A DNA stretch of 45,092 nucleotides from an uncultured Victivallaceae bacterium (GCA_964515915.1 CAZEXM010000003.1:1-45092), one strand, 5' to 3'. Counted from the first letter of the stretch, positions 1 through 9,558 are shown. Notes: generated by a model not told the origin, from the letters alone. A program made the numbers and translations.

Positions 1-65
1 TTCAAAATTGCATCATAATATCAAGCAGAAAAACGAACTGCAAAACTTAAGTAAACAGTAAAGGT

Positions 66-698
66 ATGATTATGTATAGATTGATTGTTTTGGCCGGCTT
101 AGTGCTTTTTGCCGCGACCGGCTGTATGAATTTTCAATATCAGGGCGCTGAATTCACCCCTACCGGTAAAGCCAGTATCTACGAACACAAAAAAAATATT
201 CCTGATAAAAAATATCTGGTTATGGGTAAATGTGTCGTTTCAGGCCGTTATAACGATATTACACGCGAAGAAATTTATTTACGGCTTCAGAAAGAAGCCG
301 AAAGCAAAGGTGCGGACGCGGTATTGATTAGAGCTTATCAAATTGTTCCGACCGGCATGTCGGAAAAGGGCCTTTTGAATCAGGATTCGGTCAGTTTATG
401 GTCTGAAGGAAGCGTGACGAATTCAGGCTGGAATCAATTATACGGTGATTTTGACCAGTATTACGGCCAGGTCGGGAGAAAAAACAAAAGTTCCGTACCT
501 CTTTCATACACTAGAATTGTCCGGGCGTCTTTTATAAAATATGACAAAAATTTACCCGAAGATTTCGACATGGCGGCATTCAGGAAAAAATGGCATAAGT
601 GGTCGAAGAAGCTGAAGAAACTCAAGCCGCCGGTTGCTTTAAAAACGCCGCCGCCTGAAAAGGGACATGATGTCGTTAATTTCCGCGACATGAACTAG
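66..698 (+). CDS. putative lipoprotein, function unknown
   Basis: The ORF-track N-terminus MIMYRLIVLAGLVLFAATGC is a signal peptide ending in a lipobox-like A-T-G-C. The C-terminus is Lys/Pro-rich. No family recognised. Confidence 0.6.
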   Translation: MIMYRLIVLAGLVLFAATGCMNFQYQGAEFTPTGKASIYEHKKNIPDKKYLVMGKCVVSGRYNDITREEIYLRLQKEAESKGADAVLIRAYQIVPTGMSEKGLLNQDSVSLWSEGSVTNSGWNQLYGDFDQYYGQVGRKNKSSVPLSYTRIVRASFIKYDKNLPEDFDMAAFRKKWHKWSKKLKKLKPPVALKTPPPEKGHDVVNFRDMN

Positions 699-709
699 CG
701 AGGCAATGT

Positions 710-1561
710 ATGAAAAAACGACAAACTTCTTTTGATTTATTCGGGGAAAGCCGGGAGTCTCCCGGTTCTTCCCAAACACCTCCGCAAACAAATGATATGC
801 CTGAAGAAATTTCCGGAAAAGCCGAAGTTGCGCGGCCTTTAACGCCATTGAAAATGAAACAGGCGGTGCTGTATTGGCTGGCAAAACAAAATCCCGGCGG
901 AATTGCGACGAAAGTTGCCACCCGTATTTCTAAATATCAGGTTGACGCCGCTGCTTTCTGGTCGCTTCCGGCAGGAGCCAGGCGGCGTGTTGAAAAAACA
1001 GTTTTAGTGGAAATCCGCCACGACCGGGATCACTGCTGGCCGGATTGCGGTAACCGGGAGACTATTTTGAAAAGTATTCGCGAATTAAAAGCGGAGAAAG
1101 CGTCTTTGGAAAAAGTTATCGAACAGACGGAACCGCATTTGAAAGCGAGCGACACCCTGTTCGAGGAATATGACTGCTGGGATTACGAAAAAAGTCAAAA
1201 TGCCGACTATCATAAATGTTTAAGCAAACTCAATAATTTGCAGCATAGTTTATACAAAGGCAGCCGTCTGGAATTAATTCGCCAGTCGCAAACCGCGGAT
1301 TTCATTTATGTCGCGTTCCCGGAAGGAACAATTCACGCGGATGAACTCATCGACGGCATCGGCCTGCTTGCCATCAAAGACAATTTGGAAATAGAAGAAA
1401 TCAAAACTCCCGACGCCTTGAGCTGCAAAGCGGAAAACAGAAACCATATTGTACAGAATATTGCCATAGCCTGCCGGAAAAGTTTACTTTTCGCCAACGG
1501 GATCAATATTTTCCCGAATAAAATTTTCGTCACCCGTCCACCGCGAAGAAGGCGCAAATAA
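710..1561 (+). CDS. hypothetical protein; possible PD-(D/E)xK-like (MmcB-like) core with a coiled-coil insertion
   Basis: 283-aa ORF. It has YQVDAAAFW ... TVLVEIRHD (a D ... E-x-K/R pattern) and a later ADFIYVAFPEG, which resemble MmcB-family nuclease motifs from memory. Its stop overlaps the next start (TAATG at 1559-1563). Confidence 0.5.
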   Translation: MKKRQTSFDLFGESRESPGSSQTPPQTNDMPEEISGKAEVARPLTPLKMKQAVLYWLAKQNPGGIATKVATRISKYQVDAAAFWSLPAGARRRVEKTVLVEIRHDRDHCWPDCGNRETILKSIRELKAEKASLEKVIEQTEPHLKASDTLFEEYDCWDYEKSQNADYHKCLSKLNNLQHSLYKGSRLELIRQSQTADFIYVAFPEGTIHADELIDGIGLLAIKDNLEIEEIKTPDALSCKAENRNHIVQNIAIACRKSLLFANGINIFPNKIFVTRPPRRRRK

Positions 1562-2592
1562 TGTTCAGGCTATTATTGACAATACGTCATCTGGCAGAAT
1601 ATGTTTTCGTGTTGATTTTTTATTTTCTGTTAAAAATACAGCCCCGCTTTATGCTTAAAATGATGGCATTTTGTTTTGGCTCGACAGCCTATTTGCTTCC
1701 TGCCGTCCGGAAATTGATTAATGCCAATATAAAAACCGCTTTCCCCGAAAAAGACAAGCGCGAAATCAAAGCTGTCGGACGGGCGAGCCTCATCAATTTC
1801 ATTCGCAATATGCTGGAATTTTTCTGGATGGTCAACAGGCGGAGGCGAATTGAGAAATATACTTCGCTTACGCCGGAAATAACCGAAATTTTAGCTCGCC
1901 ATGCCGCCAATGACGAACGGGTTATCATGGTTAATCCGCATTTGGGCAGCTGGGAAGCTTCAGGCCTGATCGCGCCGTATTATTCCGGCGTAAAAATGGC
2001 CGCCATCGTCAACCCCTTAAGCAATCCGTACTTAAACAAATTGTTTAATTCCGGTAATCGTGAAAAAACGAAAGGTATGCAGGTGATTTTTTCCAGAGGC
2101 GCGGTCCGGGCGACGATCAAGGCTTTACGCGACGGTTTCAATGTCGGAATTCTGATTGACCAGAACACCAAAGTCAGGGAGGGGGGAGCTTTCGTCAATT
2201 TTTTCGGGCTGCCGGTTCCATGCAGTAAAGCGCCGGCGGAATTTGTTCGTTTCGGCATGGCGCATGATATTAAAACAGTGGTGATTTTCGGCGTTTCCCT
2301 GCGCCGCGAAGATGGTGTTATGGCGGCGCAAAGCAGGCCTTTATCCAAAGCGCCTGAAGAATACGAAGCGGAAGAAATGATTCAGGAATTAATCAGTATT
2401 TCTGAAGAATTCATTCGCAAATATCCTGAACAATATCTCTGGATTTACAAGCGTTTCGCGCATATCCCGCAGGGAATTGACGAAAACCTGAAAAAACGTT
2501 ATCCATATTACGCGCGCGTCGTCAAAGATTCATTTTATTCAAAAGTCAAAAAGGTCAACCCGAAAAGCAATACCATTAAGAAAAATCCTTGA
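1561..2592 (+). CDS. lipid A biosynthesis lauroyl/myristoyl acyltransferase family protein (LpxL/HtrB-like)
   Basis: N-terminal TM segment, an H-x4-E acyltransferase motif (NPHLGSWE), IDQN and a YPEQYLWIYKRF C-terminal block typical of the Lip_A_acyltrans family. Confidence 0.8.
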   Translation: MFRLLLTIRHLAEYVFVLIFYFLLKIQPRFMLKMMAFCFGSTAYLLPAVRKLINANIKTAFPEKDKREIKAVGRASLINFIRNMLEFFWMVNRRRRIEKYTSLTPEITEILARHAANDERVIMVNPHLGSWEASGLIAPYYSGVKMAAIVNPLSNPYLNKLFNSGNREKTKGMQVIFSRGAVRATIKALRDGFNVGILIDQNTKVREGGAFVNFFGLPVPCSKAPAEFVRFGMAHDIKTVVIFGVSLRREDGVMAAQSRPLSKAPEEYEAEEMIQELISISEEFIRKYPEQYLWIYKRFAHIPQGIDENLKKRYPYYARVVKDSFYSKVKKVNPKSNTIKKNP

Positions 2593-2728
2593 TACTGCAA
2601 AGGTTCTGTCAAAAGTTTTAACTTTGTTTTCTATTTATCTTGTTTTTATTTATATGTTTATGATGATAGTTTTTCTTTCCGCTGTTTTTGCGCGAAAAAT
2701 TTCATTTAGAAAAATGTATTTTTATCAA

Positions 2729-2782
2729 TGTAGCACAAGCGTCTCGCTTGTGAATATTCTCAAGCGAGACGCTTGTGCTACA
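2729..2782. repeat. 54-nt palindromic element, copy 1 (perfect 22-bp stem, 10-nt loop)
   Basis: tgtagcacaagcgtctcgcttg (2729-2750) is the exact reverse complement of caagcgagacgcttgtgctaca (2761-2782). A diverged second copy lies at 41832-41885. Confidence 0.9.
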
Positions 2783-3104
2783 TTATCAAACAAGCTGAAA
2801 AAAACAATAATATTGTTTTTTCAGAACACTTTTTGTAATGTTTGTTTAATATGTTAGTTTACTGAGGATGGACAAAATGGTTTTGAGCCTAAATATCATT
2901 TTCGCGGCGGAACGAAATTGATCACGCATGGTAAGGGTTCCCGGCGTGAAATTTAAGATTCAGTTATCAGGAAATTCCGAATAACTGCCAGTGGTGGGAA
3001 AAACTATTACTAATTTTTACAATCTTGACGCTATTATTTCAGTCGGTTAGCATGTGAACAGTGTTAAGGTTTGAGAGTTAAGTTTTAATTAAGGTTTTTT
3101 TAAA

Positions 3105-3296
3105 ATGAGTGAAGTTCGATGTCCGATATGTAATTCAAACGAATATACGACTGAACAGGAAGTTTTTAATCCTGGTTGTGGTTGCCTTGGAGCGTTGTTA
3201 TTTGGCTGGTGGGGGTTGCTTTTTGGCTTATTGGGTAATAATACGAATATTGTCTGTCTGAATTGCGGACACAAATGGAAACCTGGAAGTAAGTAG
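3105..3296 (+). CDS. small zinc-ribbon membrane protein, function unknown
   Basis: 63 aa. CPICN ... CLNCGH form a Cys4 ribbon flanking a Gly/Leu/Trp-rich hydrophobic segment (GALLFGWWGLLFGLLG). Lower GC than its neighbours by eye. A-rich sequence lies upstream of the ATG. Confidence 0.5.
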   Translation: MSEVRCPICNSNEYTTEQEVFNPGCGCLGALLFGWWGLLFGLLGNNTNIVCLNCGHKWKPGSK

Positions 3297-3431
3297 CACT
3301 GTTTCTCCGAAGCGGCTGAATACGCGGACGGCCAAATTACAAATGATAATAAACAGACGCTTGGCAGGGCGGCTAATAGAAGTTAAATAATTTAACAATA
3401 AAAAAGCCTTTGTGCTTAATGGTTAATCAAA

Positions 3432-4688
3432 ATGGAAGCGGTTAAATTTATTCATTGCGCGGACTTACATCTGGGCAGTCCGTTCAAGGGAATCAGCAGC
3501 GGCAACGCGGCTCTGGGTTCGGCTTTGGCGGCGGCGACTTTCGATGCGTTCAGGAATATTATCGACCTGGCGCTTGAGCGTAAAATAGATTTCCTGCTTA
3601 TCGCCGGTGATGTTTTCGACAGCGAAGACCGCAGTCTGCACAGCCGTTTGTTTTTCAAAAAACAACTCGAACGACTGGAAACTGAAAACATCAAATGCTT
3701 CATTGTCTGCGGCAATCATGACCCGCTCTTATCCTGGTCGCAGGCAGTCGAACTTCCCGGAAATACCCTTATTTTCGCCGCCGGCAAAGCACAGACTTTT
3801 ATTGTGGAACGCGCCGGCCGGGACTTGGCGGCAATTTGCGGAACCAGTTTCGGCAGCAGTAAAGTCAAAACCAATCTGGCCAGGAAATTCAAGCGGGAAC
3901 GCTCTGATATTCCAGCCATTGCCTTACTGCATGCCAATATTGAATGCGGTTCTCATGCCAATTACGCTCCCGCAAAATTGAGCGATCTGGAGAAAAGCGG
4001 TTTTGATTACTGGGCGCTGGGACACGTTCATTCTTTCGCGGTCTTGAACAAAGCCTGCCCGGCGGTGGTTTATCCCGGCTGTCCGCAAGGCACGAGCCCG
4101 CGCGAAACCGGAGAAAAAACCTGCTGCTTCGTTCAACTGCAAAATCATTCCGACCCGCGGATAGAAGCGGTCGTCGTCGATGAGATTCGTTACGCGTTCA
4201 AAGAAGTGAATATATCCGGCATAGATACTTTCGAGGATTTATTTGCGACTGTAAATGAATGTTGTGACAAAATCATCCGCGAAAACGGCAAGCGCAAAAC
4301 CGTACTGCGCTTGAAACTTTCAGGGCGCGGCAAATTGAATAAGGAATTGCGCGATGAAGCCGAAAACGATGAGTTGGCGGAACGTTTTGAAAGCGAAACA
4401 GACGCCTTTGGCGACCAGCTTTTTTTAAATCGCGTCGAGCTTTCGACCCGGGACGATTATGCTATGGAAAATTTAAATCAGGACAGCGGTTTCATCGCCG
4501 ATTTACTCGCCTGTTCTGACGAAATGCTCGAAAATCCTGAAGAAATGGAAAAGCTGGAAGCGGAAATGAAACTGATTTATAAAAAATGTCGTGCCATGCC
4601 GCGTTTCAGCGACGATGAACTGCGCGAAATTATTGAAGACGCGAAACATCTGGTTCTGGATAAACTCCTGGGGGAATACGGCAAATGA
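3432..4688 (+). CDS. SbcD/Mre11-family metallophosphoesterase (DNA repair exonuclease, YhaO-like)
   Basis: Calcineurin-like phosphoesterase motifs in order: HCADLHLG, GDVFD, GNHD, LLHANI, GHVHS. It overlaps the next gene by ATGA (4685-4688). Confidence 0.85.
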   Translation: MEAVKFIHCADLHLGSPFKGISSGNAALGSALAAATFDAFRNIIDLALERKIDFLLIAGDVFDSEDRSLHSRLFFKKQLERLETENIKCFIVCGNHDPLLSWSQAVELPGNTLIFAAGKAQTFIVERAGRDLAAICGTSFGSSKVKTNLARKFKRERSDIPAIALLHANIECGSHANYAPAKLSDLEKSGFDYWALGHVHSFAVLNKACPAVVYPGCPQGTSPRETGEKTCCFVQLQNHSDPRIEAVVVDEIRYAFKEVNISGIDTFEDLFATVNECCDKIIRENGKRKTVLRLKLSGRGKLNKELRDEAENDELAERFESETDAFGDQLFLNRVELSTRDDYAMENLNQDSGFIADLLACSDEMLENPEEMEKLEAEMKLIYKKCRAMPRFSDDELREIIEDAKHLVLDKLLGEYGK

Positions 4689-7279
4689 TTATCAAAAACA
4701 TACATATTGATAATTACGGAAAATATTCCGCCCGCTCATTTGGAGGGCTCGCCAAAGGCGTTAACGTTATTTTCGGCCCCAACGAACACGGCAAGACAAC
4801 TTTACTCGAATTCGTCAGACGAATGTTTTTCGGTTTTCCGCGAAAAGATCTTAACAAAAATCGTTTTGAGCCGATTAACGGCAGCAATCCCGGCGGCAGA
4901 TTGATTTGCACCCTTGATTCCGGCGCGGAGCTCACTATTGAACGTACAGGCTGGAAAAAAGGCGGGGCGCTCAAGCTTGATTCCGTCGACAGCAGTTCGC
5001 GCGAATTAAATGAATTACTACGGGCGGGCGAATTGTTTTATCACAATGTCTACGCCATCACCATTGAGGAACTTTATTCGGTTGACTCCCTCAAGGGTGA
5101 AGACATCAAGAGTCGTATTTACGGGGCCGGGCTGGATTTAGGCGGCGTATCGCTGGCACAGGTGAAAAAACAATTTAAGGACAAGGCGGAAAAAATATTT
5201 AAACCCGGTGGCTCAAAACAGCGGATTCACGAGCTGAACGAGCAAGTTAAAAGTTACGAACAGCAAATAAAAACCGCCGATGAAAATCTCAATTATTATG
5301 AGGAAATTATCGCTGAACAAAAACGAAACGACGCCGACATAGAATCTTTACGCGACAAAATAAAAAAAATCTCCGGGCTGAATGAATTTATAGATTACGA
5401 AGCTTTGACCCGGAAATTAGAAAAGATTCCCAATGTTCCGCCCGTAAGCCAGGAAGACATTGAGGAATATCTGGAATTGAGCGCTGAGCTGAAAGCCGCT
5501 TCCGGTAGTTTGGCCAAAAGCAAGGCAAAACAGCTTGAACTGCGGGAAAAAATAAAGGCCGTTAATATAAACTCCGCACTGCTTGAACTCGGCCCGGAAG
5601 TTACCCTGCTCGAACGCTCATCCGAACTTTACAGCAGCGACAGCGAAGACGCGAAAAAACAAAAAGGGCAAATTGAAAAACTCAAAAAACAATCAGCTGA
5701 AACCAGGCGGAATATCGCTTCCCTCTGGCGGGAAGATAAAATTCCGGATAAATTCAGTTTTAATTTAGAGTTCATAAGCCGAACCAATGAATTTGAACGG
5801 GAATTCAGCGACTTAAGGCAGCAGAAAATAAGCTCGGACATCCTGCTCCAGCAACAAACGCAAATTTCTCAAGCCGCTCCGCCGAAAAATGTATTGTCCC
5901 TGCTGATTATCGGAATACTTGATTTAACGATGATTGCCACCGGTATATTAATAAACTCACCCGCCGTAATTTTAATTGCTGTAATCATCTGCATTCCTAC
6001 AGCTATTGCGGCGGCGCAAAGTTTCAACGAGGCGGCATCGGCTGACGATAAAGTTAAAACAGACCCTTTTGAAGAAAAACTCAACGAACTTGAGATTCGC
6101 TGGAAAGATTTTCTCAGGCAAAAATTTTTCAAGGATATATTAGCTCCACGGGATTTATCGGCCGGTGCTGAAATATATAAAAATTATTTGAAAGATCAAA
6201 GCTCAATGGCTGCTTTGCAGCAGGAATTAAATGACAAAGAGCTCCGGCTGAGTAATATTGATGAAACACTGCGCAAAGTCTCAACAAGGCTTGACAAACA
6301 AAGTTTGACCACGGACGCCCTGGCGAATATTGAAATTATTTCCAAAATTTTCAGACAGAATGAAAAAGCTTCAGTTGAATATGGAAATTTGCTCTCGGAA
6401 CTGAAAAAACTTGAATCCAGTCTGGATTCGGCCCGGAACGAAGTAACAAGCCGCGAATCCGCACTCAAGGACTTGCGGGCTAAATTTCAGGCGAAAGACT
6501 TAAAGGATTTGCGGCGGATGCTTGCCTGCGGCCGGGAACGCAAAAACTTAAATGAAAAACTTGAAGAAAGCGGGAAACGGCTGAAAAATATTTTCGGGCT
6601 GAACGCAGAAATGGACGCTATCCGCAGCCAGTTGGAAAATTTTTCGCATGAGCATGCCGAACAGAAAGAGTCTTTGGAAAAAGACTTAGATAAATTGAAG
6701 CGCCGGCAGGGAGAATTAACTAACGAACAAAAGAACCTTGTTTCGGCGGATAAGCTTGTTGTCCTGCATAACGAACATGAACGCTGTATCCAGCAGATTC
6801 GAAATTGTGCCTTACAATGGGGCAAATATAAAGCCGCGGAACTTTTGATCAAGCGCGCCGTGAATAAATACGAACAGGAGCGGCAGCCGGAAGTTATCAG
6901 CCAGGCAACGGAAATATTCAAGCGGCTGACTAACGGGCTTTATGTAAATATCCGCAAACCCGCCGAGTCTGATGATTTATTACTGGTGGGCGTCAATGGC
7001 GCGACCCGCAAAGTGCTCGAACTCAGCCGCGGCACCCGCGAACAACTTTATCTGGCGATGCGTCTGGGTTTGATAGAACAATACGAAGAAAAAACCGAAA
7101 GCCTGCCGCTTATATTTGACGATATTTTGGTTAATTTCGATAAAACCCGTCTCAAGTCAGCGGTGGAGACGATTTTCAAGTTTGCCGGGAAGCGGCAGGT
7201 AATTATCTTAACCTGCCATGAAAACATACATTCCCTGCTTCTCAAATATGGAGCCAATGATATCTCATTGACAAAATAA
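4685..7279 (+). CDS. SbcC/Rad50-like AAA ATPase with a central transmembrane hairpin (YhaN-like)
   Basis: Walker A GPNEHGKTT, a long Lys/Glu-rich coiled coil, signature-like LSRGTREQLYLAMRL, Walker B LPLIFDDILVNFD and an H-loop ILTCHE. The hydrophobic block LLIIGILDLTMIATGILINSPAVILIAVIICIPTAIAAA is encoded at about 5891-6020. Confidence 0.85.
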   Translation: MIIKNIHIDNYGKYSARSFGGLAKGVNVIFGPNEHGKTTLLEFVRRMFFGFPRKDLNKNRFEPINGSNPGGRLICTLDSGAELTIERTGWKKGGALKLDSVDSSSRELNELLRAGELFYHNVYAITIEELYSVDSLKGEDIKSRIYGAGLDLGGVSLAQVKKQFKDKAEKIFKPGGSKQRIHELNEQVKSYEQQIKTADENLNYYEEIIAEQKRNDADIESLRDKIKKISGLNEFIDYEALTRKLEKIPNVPPVSQEDIEEYLELSAELKAASGSLAKSKAKQLELREKIKAVNINSALLELGPEVTLLERSSELYSSDSEDAKKQKGQIEKLKKQSAETRRNIASLWREDKIPDKFSFNLEFISRTNEFEREFSDLRQQKISSDILLQQQTQISQAAPPKNVLSLLIIGILDLTMIATGILINSPAVILIAVIICIPTAIAAAQSFNEAASADDKVKTDPFEEKLNELEIRWKDFLRQKFFKDILAPRDLSAGAEIYKNYLKDQSSMAALQQELNDKELRLSNIDETLRKVSTRLDKQSLTTDALANIEIISKIFRQNEKASVEYGNLLSELKKLESSLDSARNEVTSRESALKDLRAKFQAKDLKDLRRMLACGRERKNLNEKLEESGKRLKNIFGLNAEMDAIRSQLENFSHEHAEQKESLEKDLDKLKRRQGELTNEQKNLVSADKLVVLHNEHERCIQQIRNCALQWGKYKAAELLIKRAVNKYEQERQPEVISQATEIFKRLTNGLYVNIRKPAESDDLLLVGVNGATRKVLELSRGTREQLYLAMRLGLIEQYEEKTESLPLIFDDILVNFDKTRLKSAVETIFKFAGKRQVIILTCHENIHSLLLKYGANDISLTK

Positions 7280-7384
7280 TTATGGGTCTTCAGTAGTCAA
7301 GACCACCGCCTTCCTTGCGGAATGCTTCGCCAGCGGGTGTAATTTCCAAAATAAATTCAGGTAAATTATTTGCTGAAATTTTTT

Positions 7385-7419
7385 AACCGTTATTTCGGTA
7401 AAAGTAACGGTTATTTTTC
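7385..7419 (+). terminator. putative intrinsic terminator
   Basis: Stem aaccgtta (7385-7392) pairs with taacggtt (7405-7412) and is followed by atttttc. It lies about 105 nt after the SbcC-like stop. Confidence 0.45.
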
Positions 7420-7452
7420 AAAAATCTTTTTGACACCAAATATTAAATCGGA

Positions 7453-7884
7453 ATGACTTGGATGAACTTTATGGATATATGTATTCTCGTGGGTCTCTTC
7501 GTTGCTGCTTTTATTCTAAAATGTGTGAAGAAGTGTTCTATAACTCCAGATCCCTGGGAAAATGAAATAAGTAGAGATGAGGTAAATAAATTAAAAAGCG
7601 AAGTATGTTTGAGATGTTGCGCAGAGGTAAAGGCGGGGCAGTACTATTGTTCTAAATGTAACAATGCTACAGGTAAATATGTTCCATACCTTCCTTTTAT
7701 AAATATTCCATTTAATTATTCAATGCACTGGACTTTATGGTCAAAACTAAAGTCTAAGGACCACAGTTTAGTTTATAAAGCAGTGGCAGTCCTGTTCATA
7801 GCCTGCACTGCGCCGCTGATGATTATCGTATATTGCCTGAATTGCGTTGGTGAATGGAATAAAAGCCCTTTGGCGGTGCATTAA
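7453..7884 (+). CDS. membrane protein with a zinc-ribbon-like CxxC...CxxC segment, function unknown
   Basis: 143-aa ORF with an N-terminal TM (ICILVGLFVAAFIL), CLRCC...CSKC, and a C-terminal TM (AVAVLFIACTAPLMIIVYCL). Low GC by eye. Confidence 0.5.
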   Translation: MTWMNFMDICILVGLFVAAFILKCVKKCSITPDPWENEISRDEVNKLKSEVCLRCCAEVKAGQYYCSKCNNATGKYVPYLPFINIPFNYSMHWTLWSKLKSKDHSLVYKAVAVLFIACTAPLMIIVYCLNCVGEWNKSPLAVH

Positions 7885-7940
7885 ACTGTAATCCAAGGCT
7901 GGTACATTGTCATGAATTAATTGTTTGCCGGACCTCATGG

Positions 7941-7970
7941 AAAAGCACGGCCGGGGCCAGCCGTGCTTTT
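7941..7970. terminator. bidirectional intrinsic terminator between convergent genes
   Basis: aaaagcacggc (7941-7951) and gccgtgctttt (7960-7970) form a perfect stem with an A-tract on one side and a T-tract on the other. It sits between the 7884 and 8014 gene ends. Confidence 0.7.
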
Positions 7971-8013
7971 CGCTAATTTTGTATTTTTTGAAATTTCGCC
8001 TCAAAATATCCGT

Positions 8014-9558
8014 CTACTCTGGTTTACAGGTATCCAGATCGATATTCAATTGCTCTATTTTGTAATGAAGAATGCGCGGCGTAAGCTGTAGTTGACGCGC
8101 GGTGGCGGCAACATTACCGTGTTTGAGCTTGAGGGCGTCAATAATTAATTCACATTCAAATGCTTTAACTAAAGTAGCAAAATCAGCATTCGTTTTAGCG
8201 TGACGAACAGTGCTGGAAAATCCATGGTCCGCCTGCAGTGCCGGCGGCAGATTGTAGACATGAATGATATTATCAGCCGCCGTCAAAACCGCGCGTTCCA
8301 TGCAGCTTTCCAATTCGCGGACATTGCCCGGCCAGCTGTAGTTCATTATGGCGTTGATCGCCGGAGTGGAAAAGCGTTCGATAGACTTGTTGTAAAGTTT
8401 GTTGTATTTAGCGAGAAAACCGTCAGCCAGCAGCATTTTGTCCGAACGGCGGTCCTTTAAGTCCGGCAGGACAATCGGAAAAACATTTAAGCGGTAATAC
8501 AAGTCCTCACGAAATTTTCCGGCTGATATCATGTTTTCAAGATTCACGCTGGTCGCGGCCAAAACCCGGACATTAACCTTATGTTCCTGGTTGCTGCCGA
8601 TACGTTGAAAAGTCCTTTCCTGCAGAAAACGTAATAATTTGACCTGTATGGGGGGACGCAAATCCCCTATCTCATCTAAAAAGATAGTTCCGGTGTGTGC
8701 CGCTTCGACTCTGCCGACCCGGATACTGGTCGCACCGGTGAATGAGCCTTTTTCGTGGCCGAAAAGTTCACTTTCGATAAGGTTCTCAGGAAGTGCGGCG
8801 CAGTTGACTATGACAAAAGGATTGGAGCGCCGGGAGCTGCCGCGGTGAAGCGCGCGGGCGACCAGTTCTTTGCCGGTGCCGGAGCTGCCGCGAATCAAAA
8901 CCGTGGCCAAACTGTCGGCAACCTGGGAAATCAGTAGATAAATTTCCCGCATTTTACTGCAGTTCCCGATAATATTAGTTGGACGGGGGTTTTTGTCCAA
9001 TTCAAGTTTCAAAAGCCGGTTTTCTTCGAGCAGGCGATCCCGTTCTTCTTTTTCTATAAAGATAATCGAAACCGCGTCCGCTAGAATATTGGCCACGGTT
9101 TCCAGCAAATTAAAGTCTTTTTCCAGATCGGTATCAGGCCCTTTTTTGCGATCCATACTCATGGTGCCGATAACTTCGCCTTCGTAAATAATAGGAACGC
9201 AAAGAAAAGCAATATCTTGCAGGTCCGCACGGGACTGGGTGCGGTCAAGAAAATTCGGATCCTTGGAGATTTCCGGAATAATGATAGGTTTGGCGATCTG
9301 AGCGACGCGCCCGGTAATTCCTTCCCCGATATTATATTTGCCGCGTTTGATTTCGGCGTCGCTTAAACCGTGGGAAGCTTCAATGTATACCGCGCTCCCG
9401 CGCCGAAGCGTTACTGTTCCGCGCTGCAAACCTATTTCACGGTAAAGAATATCCAAAACTTCCTTTAACAGTAAAGAAACATTTTTCTGGCGGACAATAA
9501 CGTGACTGATTTGGTTAAGTACTTCAATCTCTCGATTTGAACTTCTGTCCTTAATCAT
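8014..9558 (-). CDS. sigma-54-dependent transcriptional activator with N-terminal GAF domain (NifA/Fis family bEBP)
   Basis: AAA+ core with Walker [24 protein letters not shown] (a GAFTGA-loop variant), Walker B FLDEIGD and a C-terminal [24 protein letters not shown]. The N-terminal ~170 aa look GAF-like. Confidence 0.85.
   Translation of the reverse strand: MIKDRSSNREIEVLNQISHVIVRQKNVSLLLKEVLDILYREIGLQRGTVTLRRGSAVYIEASHGLSDAEIKRGKYNIGEGITGRVAQIAKPIIIPEISKDPNFLDRTQSRADLQDIAFLCVPIIYEGEVIGTMSMDRKKGPDTDLEKDFNLLETVANILADAVSIIFIEKEERDRLLEENRLLKLELDKNPRPTNIIGNCSKMREIYLLISQVADSLATVLIRGSSGTGKELVARALHRGSSRRSNPFVIVNCAALPENLIESELFGHEKGSFTGATSIRVGRVEAAHTGTIFLDEIGDLRPPIQVKLLRFLQERTFQRIGSNQEHKVNVRVLAATSVNLENMISAGKFREDLYYRLNVFPIVLPDLKDRRSDKMLLADGFLAKYNKLYNKSIERFSTPAINAIMNYSWPGNVRELESCMERAVLTAADNIIHVYNLPPALQADHGFSSTVRHAKTNADFATLVKAFECELIIDALKLKHGNVAATARQLQLTPRILHYKIEQLNIDLDTCKPE

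Noticed and set aside
2624-2857. 77-aa + strand ORF in the gap after the LpxL-like gene
   Set aside because: It is AT-rich and hydrophobic, has low-complexity composition and no RBS, and it reads straight through the 54-nt palindromic element. Most likely it is non-coding.
6487-6921. 144-aa minus-strand ORF inside the SbcC-like gene
   Set aside because: It is antisense to Lys/Glu-rich coiled-coil coding sequence, which typically leaves the opposite strand open. It has no independent support.
7280-7384. Possible small RNA between the SbcC-like stop and the terminator at 7385-7419
   Set aside because: The only support is a short hairpin (ggtctt...aagacc at about 7286-7305) and the downstream terminator. 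There is no promoter or recognisable motif, which is insufficient to call.
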